A stretch of 64,000 nucleotides of DNA from Dimorphilus gyrociliatus (Eukaryota > Animalia > Annelida), in the NCBI GenBank assembly GCA_904063045.1, contig CAJFCJ010000006.1, positions 5,100,408 through 5,164,407 on the forward strand, in the 5' to 3' direction. Positions 13,701-24,551 of this stretch are shown here, in pieces (positions within the stretch are counted from its first letter, which is position 1; each line of letters opens with the position of its first letter). Below the pieces are notes generated by a model. That model was not told the origin of the DNA. It searched no databases and was given only the letters and a program-made list of their open reading frames with translations. Position numbers and translations under genes: made by a program.

Positions 13701-13957
13701 TCAAAATCCATTGATTTACATAGTTGATATCCAACTTTATTATCAAAATCAATTGTATAATGAATTGAATAGGTTTTATTATATTTTCTTAAAGATAATC
13801 TTAATTTTCCATAAATCGATGTATTATCTTCTTCAATAGATTCCATAAAATAATGTAATTCTTTTATATTTGAAAAATGAATTGATCTTAATATTTTATC
13901 ATCAATTTTATATGTTAAAATCATAAAAAAGCAATTTAAAACTATCAGATAAAACAT
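7782..13957 (-). CDS. GRL101/RXFP-like leucine-rich-repeat GPCR: signal peptide, SRCR-like domains, C-type lectin, 6 LDLa, LRRs, 7TM, kinase-like tail
   Basis: LDLa repeats (CDGVHDCFDGEDE, CDFEKDCPNGEDE, CNNEKNCIDASDE, CDMKHDCKDNSDE, CDGIGHCPNNDDE, CNGIVDCIKGSDE). LRRs in ORF 8931-10292, hinge CC..CYP..SCRDL, TM3 ERY, TM6 FCWFP, TM7 PLNATLNPLIY (about 8465-8520). CTL start CPEENGILYDDSCFYF. SRCR-like GIVQVFYQNSWYLV..ICQHFGF. Both extreme ends are less certain than the core. Confidence 0.85.
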
Positions 13958-15085
13958 ATTGGAAACAAAAAAGAGATGACTCTATCTTTTCACGACTTCA
14001 TATTTTCCCATTTCTGTTTGCTAAAGTAATTTTTTATTAGCTATAAAAAAACAAATATCCATTTCTTTAATTCATTTTATAAAGACTATTTTAATTTGCT
14101 ATTGTAGAAGTTATTCATTATTTTTACACCTTAAAGTATTATTCAGCCGTATTTGGATTCATATAACTCAATTCATTCATTCATCAGTTATTTGTTTTTT
14201 TTTTCTCATACTAAAGCCTTTTATATAAAAAGAAAAAAAAACAAACAAACATTGTATCCCTTAACGCGATAATAAAATTCTCTTACGATCATAATGAAAA
14301 TTTGATGCTATTTAATAATTATTTAATAAAATATATTATAACATAAAAGCTTTTTAACAAATCAATCAATTCCTTTTTTTTAAGTAATTGAAAATAGGCT
14401 TAGATTAATTTGTATGTAATATCAAGCAGATAATGCGAAAAAGGTTTAATGATTTCAATATCGAATTTACAGTATTTTCAGAAAACCTTCAACTCAATTT
14501 ATCCATATCAATTCATGATTAATGCATTCAGTTCAGCCAACATTATATTTAGGAGGGAGGTGGATATTGAAAATGAATGGATAGCGAAAATCTTCATCAT
14601 TAAAGATGAAATTCTTTTATTTAATGAATCTATTCAGTAAGTGCATATAGTTTTTTATGCTACTTATACAGTATATATACAGTATATATAATTTCAAATT
14701 TTCTTGACTTGTATTTTAAAATAGAATAAGCTAGATGCTACAACCAGCATATTGTTTGTCATCACTTTTCAATAAACCTTCTTTCCAAAGGAAAATATTA
14801 AATTATTATTAGTTTGGCATAAAATATGTAAGCAAGTTAAACTTTTCACTAGTAGATTATATAATTTTTTTAATTGGCCATTAGTTTTAGCTTATTAAAA
14901 CTGTGTTTGTGTCTTTTAGTACTCTTTAACGAAGGAAACGTTTAAAGTGGTGAAAACTTTTAATTAAATAGTAGTACAAATCGTCTCGTTAGCTATAATT
15001 ATAATATAAATATAATGGTGTTTTCTGATTTTAGTCATTATCAACTTTAGAGAAGTATAAATTTCAATCAGTTGTAAATTCAAAA

Positions 15086-16120
15086 ATGAATTTAACAAAT
15101 GGCACTGGTGTTGGAGGTTTTCCTGGCTATCCCTTTAAGGAGCCAACTTTGTTGGATAAGATAACGCCAAAGTTATATCCCTACATATCATTTCCAATGA
15201 TAATTGTATTTGGTATACCTTTCAACTTGATATCTATAATAACAATTTTCAAAAGTCATTTGATACATACTACGCTATTTCGTTATTTAGCATTTGTATC
15301 TGTGGGAGATTTGATGGTTAATATTTCAGGAGTAATGAAAGGTATACGAGTATTTATGATTGAAGACTTAACGGAAAGTGAATACTTATGGTTTAATTGT
15401 AGAATGAATTATTATGTTTCGTTGGCTGGCAATCAGATATCATCTCTTTGTTTAATGGCCGTTACATTTGACAGATATATATGCGTTAGTAGACCAACAA
15501 AAGCTAAAATATGGTCAACGACAGGTAGATGCAACAAAGTTGTTCTATGCATTTTTATATATGCTCTTACTGTCTACATATCGCCAGTTATAATTTATAA
15601 TAGATCAATGAGAATATCAAAAAGCCATTTGGTTTGCTTATCAACTAACAAAGTAGCATATGACATTTTTAACAAATATATTTCCAATACATTCATTATT
15701 TTATATTCATTGGTTCCTTCAGCTTTCCTCTCTGTTATAAATTTTCTTACAATTTATAGTCTAAAGGCGCATATTAAAGAATCGTCAAAGATTAACAGTA
15801 AAGATGGAAAATTGAAAGATTCAACCAAAAGAATGACGATTCTTACGCTGCTTGTATCGATAACATTCATAGTTACAACTACGCCATGGAGTGCTATTTT
15901 TTTAAAAATCGTTAGTATGGATGCAAGTCGTGGAGTTCCCCAGCCAATTCTGTTCTTATTAGAACTTACAGGAACATTAAGTACTTTAAATAATATTGTT
16001 AATTTTATATTTTACTGCCTTTCCGGAAAAGCCTTCAAAACTGAATTTTTAAAGTTATTCGGCTGTCTTAAGAAGAGTAATAATAATACCTCAAGAAGTA
16101 TTTCTGAAAGTAGAAATTAA
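15086..16120 (+). CDS. Intronless class A (rhodopsin-like) GPCR, peptide-receptor type
   Basis: 344 aa ORF with seven hydrophobic segments, TM1 GIPFN, TM2 LAFVSVGD, TM3 TFDRY, TM6 TTPW and TM7 NNIVNFIFYCLSGKAF. N-terminal NLT/NGT sequons. Confidence 0.93.
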   Translation: MNLTNGTGVGGFPGYPFKEPTLLDKITPKLYPYISFPMIIVFGIPFNLISIITIFKSHLIHTTLFRYLAFVSVGDLMVNISGVMKGIRVFMIEDLTESEYLWFNCRMNYYVSLAGNQISSLCLMAVTFDRYICVSRPTKAKIWSTTGRCNKVVLCIFIYALTVYISPVIIYNRSMRISKSHLVCLSTNKVAYDIFNKYISNTFIILYSLVPSAFLSVINFLTIYSLKAHIKESSKINSKDGKLKDSTKRMTILTLLVSITFIVTTTPWSAIFLKIVSMDASRGVPQPILFLLELTGTLSTLNNIVNFIFYCLSGKAFKTEFLKLFGCLKKSNNNTSRSISESRN

Positions 16121-17547
16121 ATAATTATTATTAGATTTGCAAAAAAAACACACACACACTCACATACTTCTTCATATCTTAATCAAAATGATTCACTATT
16201 GAAGAGAAATAAGAAACTTTTCAAGATGAATGGAGAAATGGAATGTAAAAAGTGAAATAATTCATCCTTTAAGTATTCATTTCCATGTTCTTGATTATCT
16301 ATGCAATATCATTTAGAAATACGTTTTGAGTGTTAATCTTTATGAACAGGAAATAATTTCTCTAACACCATTCAAATGAAGATAACATTGTTTATCGAAG
16401 CCTTTTTTAATATATAAAAGCTTTTAAAACACCTTCGTATTGATATTAATTAATTTTTTCATGACTTTTCATGATTAATTGTCGGAGAGTTTAAAGATAT
16501 TCATCTTCTCCTCTTCTTTTGATTGATTATCAATTGTAAAACCTCAATATTAATAATGAATATATGTACTTGAAAATATTAAGAATTTTGCAGTTACGTT
16601 CATTAATTTTGATTTTGGTGCTTTTGAATTGACTATTGCCTAAGCAACAAGGAAATAAAGAATTCTGAATGAATCATTTCTAAATGAGACACTTAATTGA
16701 TTAGAAATGTAGATGGCACTATGAAATAATAATTGGAGCTTTCTCGAAAACAGTACTCTACTATACATTCATTTCTGCCTACGAGAATAATTTATATAAA
16801 ATCTATAAAAGAGTCCTTAAAGTATAAATTCTACGAAAAGCAAAATTATTAAATTTTACCTTTCCTTCTTTAGTTTCATCTTCCAAATTATGTTATTAAC
16901 AGTTCAAGAGGTTTCTCTTATTATTGGGAGTGTAAAAATTATAAGCCCTATACACTAACTGGGATATGTAATTGCCTGATGTTTTTCTAACATCAACCTC
17001 CCGTCTAAATCAAATATTTTCGCTTAAATAACAGGAATACCTGATCTGAATAAGCTTTAAGAGAAAGTGTTGTCGCTTTGTTTCCTGTATCAAAAAAATA
17101 CTTTTCAGGTGTTCACTGAAAAGTCTGTTCAGTAATTAATCAATGTATATATTCGATAATCTATAAAGGTTTTCGAATATGAGATATACAGTATGAGCAA
17201 CAGAATCAACCCTGCTTCATATTACTTTAAGGTTACGTTATACTTTCCTGCTAAAAGAAGGATATCTATAATTTGGACTTGTTTTTATTAAGTAGAGCAA
17301 GAGAATGAAACAAAAGCTCATTTTTCCTACAGAAAGAGATAGATATAGCGATCATTTAATTAAGTCTATTTAAAGAAAATTATCTTTTCACAGCTTTTTA
17401 TCTTTTCCCACTTTTAGTAATGCTTTCAAGTTGTTTTAAAAATCAAAATACATTCAAATTGAATAAATACTTTTGTATATTAAGAGATTATTAGCCGTAT
17501 TTATTTATTCGAGATATTTAATTTTAGTCATTTGTTGATAAACTAGA

Positions 17548-19155
17548 TTATAATGCACCTTCCTCATCAAAGATGAGATTATCTTCTTCTAGTAATGCAT
17601 TAAATCTATTAAATGAAAAATTATTCAGTTGGTGTTTCATTATTAGTGGTTTCTTTGGGGGTTTTACTTCTTCTCTAGACCCTTCTATTATTTCACTTGT
17701 TGGAACTAGAGCATTTAATCTTGATCCACCTTGACCTTCAATAACAGCTCCAACAGATCTGTTATATCTTAACTTTTCAAACTTTCTATGAGATTGAATC
17801 TCCCAATCCAACTTTGGACTGATACCAGTCATATTTTCTACAGAATTTTTTAATTTAATCAAAGCTAACTCTATTTCTAAATAGTTATTTTTTGATTTTG
17901 TGCTAGAACTATCACCAAGAGTATCGGTAACGTTATACTCCGAATCGATTGGATCTCGTATATCTATGTTCATTATTCGTTTATGAATTTTTCTGAATGT
18001 AGCATGCAGTTTCTCGTGAACAGTATAAATGGGACGAGCATCCTCCGGTTGACATCTATCGTCGTGAAGACTGAACCAGAAGAGCGAATTGGCGGTCGTA
18101 TACATTTCCTTAGCAGTTTGAACATCTTCCTTATTCTTTAATCTCCTCCATGGGAGTGCACCAGCACTCATTTCAATAAGCATATAAAACCAACTGATTA
18201 AATCATCTTGATAGGAGAGGAACTCTTCTTTATGCGCTCTTAAGGACGCGTATCTGACAGTACCCCTAAATCCAGCTCCCTTTTTTTTATCTGGATTTAC
18301 GTAATCGGCATGAGGTGGATAAGAAGATATAATTTTACTATCACGAATAGATGTTGAAAGCTTTCCAAAAGTGTAGGCCAAACCGAAATCAACTAAGAAA
18401 ATATCTCTAGAATTATCAGCGCTAACAGCAAAATTCGACGGTTTAATATCTCTATGTACGAAGCCAATAGCGTGCAAATTTTTAATAGCCTGAAAAGTCT
18501 CTAAAGCCAAGTGACTTATTGTATATAAACCAAATTTTTGGTCTTGTTCACTCCTTCTCAAGTCAGATAAATTTCTTCCTAATAGAGTCATTATAATATA
18601 ATAATAAGCAACAAATTTATTATGTTCAATTGGAATTCCGCCATTTTTCCAATCATTAAATGAATTACTTTTTAATTCTTTACTAAAATCTTCCAAGTAA
18701 CAGAAATGTTTAAAATCAACTTTTAATGCCAATTCTATATCGCCGTTATTATATTCTCTCTGTTTTCTAGCTATTCTATGCATTATATCATATTCTCGTT
18801 TTAGATGTGGTTTCTGTTTCTCGTTCCTCTTAATACCTTCAACTTTCATTGCGTATGTATTTAATCCTTTTCTAACTTCGTAAACTTGACCAAAACCTCC
18901 CCCACCCAACTTTCTAATAACTTCCCAACCATTATCAACAACGTCGTTCTCTTCAAGAATATCTTCTTCGTCGTCTTCGCCGACTAATCTTCTTTGATAT
19001 TTCTTTTTTTTATTATTAATACTACGATTTTGAATATCGACGATAATTTCCTATTAAATTTGATAAAATACAAGTAAACAGCTAGGAATTAAATTTTCAT
19101 CTAATTGATCTACTAGTCAGTTTACCTTAGCCTGATCTTTAATAGGATTGGTCAT
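17548..19155 (-). CDS. Tau-tubulin kinase-like / CK1-superfamily kinase; join(19155..19126,19050..17548), about 510 aa
   Basis: GGGGFGQVY, AMKVE, HRDIKPSNFAV, DFGLA, GFRGTVRYAS, DDLISWFYML and LPW motifs. Exon 1 MTNPIKDQAK with gtaaac donor splices in phase 0 to EIIVDIQ, in frame with the track ORF. Confidence 0.92.
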
Positions 19156-20628
19156 CTCTTGTCTAAAGCTTAATTTATTATATAGTTTTATTTTAAAATG
19201 CTCTTGAACTATTGTAATATTTTTAAATTTAAATAATCATTAATTAACTTATGAATATTCAAAACTATTCATATGATATTTCAAACAAACAAAATAAAAT
19301 ATGTTTGGTAAGAGGAAAACTATAGTCTATTGGCAGAAAATGAGAGAAGAAAATCAAATGTTATGAATATATTCTGTATATGAAAATACTGATAATTAAC
19401 TTTTTTCTATAAAGACCTCCTCTTCTTTCTATTAGAAAAAACTCGTCCAATTGATCAAATTTATTGACGGTTCAGTGATGAATATTACATATAATTATTA
19501 TCGTTTTAATCTTTTAAAACACTTGATATCAATACCAATACGTTACATTTAAGGTTACGATTCAAAACAGAAGTAAAAAAAACTAAAGTCTAAAATAAAA
19601 CAAAAACTCAATCAGATTATTAAACCTCTTTTTTTGCTATTCTCTCCTTCTTCCTTCAACATTTCCCTACTCTTTTCTTATATATTGACAGTCGCTAATT
19701 ATGTTTTCTTACCTATATAGTTAGCTATATAAATTTTTAATCGTTTTTAATTAAAACTTGCATTATTGTTTCAACGATAGTATGTGTATTTTTCTTTCTA
19801 GAGAAGATAAACTGTTGGCTTTTCTTAGAAGATATATTAAAAGTTGATTTTAGACAGATACATAAGAATATTAGCATTACAAGTCAATATATTATAGAAT
19901 AAAAGCCTTTCAGTACATTTTTTCTTTATTTTTATTATTAAATGCTATATTAATTATTTAAAATATTCATGAAAGAAAAAGTAAATATAATGTTTTTAAC
20001 CAATAAAAAGTATTGAAATGATAAATTATGTTAATTATTAAAATGTGTACAGAGTGCAGTTGGTAAAAATATTGAAATATAACGAAACACAGAATCGATA
20101 ATTATATTAACCGTTTTTCAGCTAAAGAAGGTAAACAGAAACGTTTTATTCAGTATATAACAAATAGTGACGAAAACAATTTTATTGATCATAGCTTATA
20201 CTATGAGAAAAAATTGATGATCTTTGAAATAAGCTGTGTTAATACTCTTTAAAAGTTACTGTTTTTAAATTATTTTCAAATAAATGGTCAATGGATGGAA
20301 ATAGTTGAAGCGAGGTTATTACAAAAGTTCTATTTTTAGTAGAATAGGTTTCCTAAAAATCTCTGAGTGTCATTGGGACAACTACCATACTGCACCAGAA
20401 ATTGATTTCTGTCTTCTAACATACAGAAATGAACGATTCTGTTGCGATGAACAACATTTCCGCTGTTGCTTAGCAATGTTACAAACTTTATCTGATATAT
20501 ATATATATATATAAAGGGGAGGGAGTCTGCACATTCGACGCTTATTATTCAGTTGTTGGTTGACAGCGACCTATTACAAAGATTATTAACTTCTAAAGGA
20601 AAAAAGATATTGGCATTTACTTTGAACC

Positions 20629-21670
20629 ATGACAAAGAAAATAATAGATATATTTTATTCTATTTCTTTTATCATCTGCATTGTTTATGCCTATGAGAAA
20701 CATGCTGGTGATTCTTGCACGAGTAATTCTAATTGCCCACCGAATTCATATTGCCATAAGACAAATTCAGATAATGTTCAATGCGAAATAGGTTTTTGTC
20801 TTTGCAATAAAGGATACCGGGAAAAAAATGATTTATGTGTAACAGGTAAAGATACTTTTGTTTTTGTTAATAGAAATGTTCTTATTTTTTTCAATTTACA
20901 GCAAAAAAACTAGGTGAAAGTTGCAACTCCTACAGTGAATGTGACTCTGACATAGGGAATTTCCAATGCTTAGACAGGGTTTGTAAATGTAGATCGCGGT
21001 ATATCCAGCAAGGTTCTAAATGCGTTGTAGAAAATCCGAAAAAATATGGGCAGAGTTGCTCAACAGCAACAGATATTTGTGTGGGCGATAATGAGAATTG
21101 CATTAGTTCAGAGTGCAAATGTATAAGTGGATATTCAAGATTAAATGGAATTTGCAGGCGCAGTATGTATTCCTTTTAAAAAGTATCTAATATCATCGTC
21201 AATGATAAATTGTAAATATTTTAGAAAAGTATCAAGAGAGCTGTGATCCTCAGAGTTCATGTTATTATAATCTTAACTGTATTAATGGAAAATGCCAATG
21301 TCAATCTGGATACCTTTGGAAGAAAACAAAAAATGATGACGGTGAAGACAGAGAGGGCTGCCTTAAAGAGAACAGTAAATATAAAATAATTGATTATATA
21401 TATATATCTAATAAATTACTCTCTTATATCACAGCGGAGATTGTACAATATGCCGCTGAAGTAAATGAAGCTTGCGGCAAAAAGACATTTCAGAGAAATT
21501 CTATTGATGTTATATTTTTATCATACTGTCCAGGAGATTTGAAGTGCACATCCTGCAGAACGCCTAATGGCAATAGAAATTACATTTGCAAAGGATCTGA
21601 TGCCAATAATATTTCATTGAATATATTCCTAGTATCGATCTCTTTCCTGCTGATTAAATGTTTCAATTAA
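20629..21670 (+). CDS. Cys-rich EB-module cell-surface protein, predicted GPI-anchored (paralog 1); exons 20629-20845, 20902-21162, 21225-21374, 21435-21670
   Basis: Signal peptide, four GxSC..C..C..CxCxxGY modules joined by phase-1 introns, and a hydrophobic C-terminus ANNISLNIFLVSISFLLIKCFN. Confidence 0.85.
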
Positions 21671-23194
21671 AAGTATATAATCTATTTAAAGACACCGTTT
21701 GCTACGAAATATTTATTATAACATTATCATTTTACTTATTAGCTATAAGAGTTTAAAAAGTGTTTTTGTTATCTATTTTCAATATTATACTCGAAAAAAA
21801 ATAATTAATCCTTTTCTTCTGTAAAAACCAAAACCTGGATCATCCAGTTTGCGAAAATTATATGTTATGGTTTAAAATAAAGTTATAATGCTGGTTGATT
21901 TTCTTTTGTAAACGAATAAATTCAAATCTGTAAAATATCCATTAAACGTAAATTGTCTAGATAGCAACAATCGTTTTTCAATAATATTTATAGATGTATA
22001 GATTACATACAGTATTTCATATAATGAGGTTCTGTAAAATAGCAATTGTAATGAAAAACAATCGAAATTATTATCATTAATGTAACTCTTCCTTAAGAAT
22101 TAAATATAGCACATATGACTCATATTCATCGGTAATGAAATTTTTCTGGAAACTAACGAGAATTATCATATTAATGTATTATAATCATTAGTCTTTTGTA
22201 ACATTAGTAGACTAAAAATTTTATAGAAGGTCACTTCAGTAATATTATATTTTAATTATTTTTTACAAAGCAGAAGTAGATACCCCAAATCCATTGTTCC
22301 CAGCCCCATTTCAACAATACCGATCCTATATAAGCTAAAAAAAAAAGATGAAGAAGAAAAGAGCAATAAATATGATTCAGTATTCATTTTTGTTGACTAA
22401 GAAGAAAAAATATAGAGAGGAATTTCTTTGTTTATTTAGCTTATTCAATAGAATTTTTAATACTCTCCTACTATTTTTGTATTGGAAATTTCAATAAATA
22501 TAAAATATTAGAATAAATTATTATTACTCTTTTAAGAGTTTTTGAATAATTCAGCAAAATATTGTGAATAATCAAAATATAACGCTTTATGTAATAATTT
22601 CTTGATAATTATTAAATATTCAATATTTTATTAAGTTTCTTGTAATAGTTAATTATAAATCAAAGAATCTTTAATCTTTTCTTTGATTTATCAACAATCA
22701 AAACTAACTCTAATTTTTCCTATTCAATTAAATAGAAAAGAAAAAAGAAAGAGAGTAAATTAAAAATATTACCCCACCTTTTACATTGAAGAATGTCCCT
22801 CCTAAGGTGTTTACTAGATAAATGAAATTAAAATAGTTTATATCCTAAGGCCTATAAAATTGCTGATTAGTGAATAACTATTAAGTTAGATAAGCGTTGG
22901 GTAAAAGTTTGACAAACAAATATAGTGATTTAAGTATAATATAAAAGGACAATATGAAAATCTGTAGAAATTTAGAGACGTCACGATTTGAAAAAACATA
23001 TCTTAACAAGTTTAAAATGAGACAATACGGTAAATAAGGAAATTAAAGTTGAAAAATAAATATACTACGTGCAATTGTCTTGGCAAACAGAGGAATATTT
23101 TTCACTTGTTAAATATTTAAAATTTACTTGATGGAAGCTATAAAAGACTGCCGAATTTTTTTAATAATCGCACAAAGATTTCTGTTGTTGAATC

Positions 23195-24308
23195 ATGAGA
23201 CTTCAAGTAATTGATAAACTTTCTTTTTTCAATATCTGTATTTAAAGCTTTAAATTTTCTTTTAATGTTTTTTTTTTTAGTTGGCAATCACGCTCTTCTT
23301 CGCTGCCGCTGTACCATTTGTATTTTGCGGTTCAGCCAAAGTTGGTGAAGACTGTAGCTCTAAAAGTGACTGTATAGATAATGCGAATTGTATTAAAGCA
23401 AATGATGCTTGCTCGAAAGGCACATGCCAATGTGCCACCGGATATGCTACGAACGCTAAAGATTGTGCTAAAGGTAAAGATAAATTTTGTAACTAAAGCG
23501 ATTTTGAAGCCTTGATTTTCTATTACGTTTTACTCATTAGTTGTGGGATTTGACGAGGCTTGTGCCGCTGATAAACCATGCGATCCTATGAAATATTTAA
23601 AAACCTGTGGAGCGAGCAAAAAATGCGAATGTGGTGATGGTTACAAAGCGGACAATAAAGTTTGTAAATCACTCAAAACCAAGAAGTTTGGTGAAGCGTG
23701 CGATGCTTCCAATCTGTGTATTTCACCATACGTATGCACAGCTTCTAAATGCGCTTGTTCGAATTCAAAATACACAAATGACAAGTGCAAAGGAGGTAAA
23801 GACTATTACTAACTACAATATCTTAGTATTTAATATTCTAATTATTTATGGCATTTTTCACATACAGTTATGCATAAAGCAGCATGTGAAGCTGGCGTTG
23901 CAGGAAAAGAATGTCATTTAGCGTACAAATTAAAATGTACAAGTAAAGTATGTGAATGTGAAACTAATTACGTATGGGGTCCATACGTAGACGCCGCTGG
24001 CGTATCAACAGATATGTGTGTCCACAAAGACGGTAAAAAATTATAATACGCTTTCCTCATAGTTCTAATAGTTTAATTATACCTTAGCAACCAAGAACGT
24101 TAAAGCTGGAGAAACATGTGTAGTTTCGAACGATGACAAAGGAAAATTGTGTGTGGCTGATCATAGTTGTCAAACATGTAAAGGAGATAGTGATGCAAAA
24201 TGCCGCAAAAATCCAGAAACTACCACTGAATCTCATGGTTCAGCATCATCAATTGCAATCAATGGCCTCCTCGTCTTTGGTGTTGCTCTGTTGAAAAAAT
24301 TATTATAA
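23195..24308 (+). CDS. Cys-rich EB-module cell-surface protein, predicted GPI-anchored (paralog 2); exons 23195-23206, 23281-23473, 23541-23795, 23868-24032, 24088-24308
   Basis: MRLQ spliced to LAITLFFAAAVPFVFC gives a signal peptide. Four EB-like modules, same exon layout as paralog 1, C-terminus GSASSIAINGLLVFGVALLKKLL. Confidence 0.88.
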
Positions 24309-24511
24309 AATGAAACACTAGTTAATCTTTCCTTCATTTAAAAATTATATTTTTATATCTGAAGGAGAAGCTTTTACGTTTGACAATGATAGGCAATGAT
24401 CAAAATCGTTTGTGATGCTTGAGTTGAGCGAATATATCATTGATGGCGTATGGTTTTCCTTTTTTTTAAAAATTATAATAATAGGTTTTCGCAAATTTTT
24501 AATAATAAATG

Positions 24512-24551
24512 AAATAAATAAACAAATAAACAAACAAACAAACAAACAAAC
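24512..24551 (+). repeat. (AAAT/AAAC)n tetranucleotide microsatellite
   Basis: Direct reading: aaataaataaacaaataaacaaacaaacaaacaaacaaac. Confidence 0.9.

Noticed and set aside
14449-14640. 63 aa track ORF upstream of the GPCR
   Set aside because: Non-ATG start and no homology. More simply a 5-prime leader region.
16239-16260. TGGAATGTAAA match to the start of miR-1
   Set aside because: Identity stops after 11 nt and there is no precursor hairpin.
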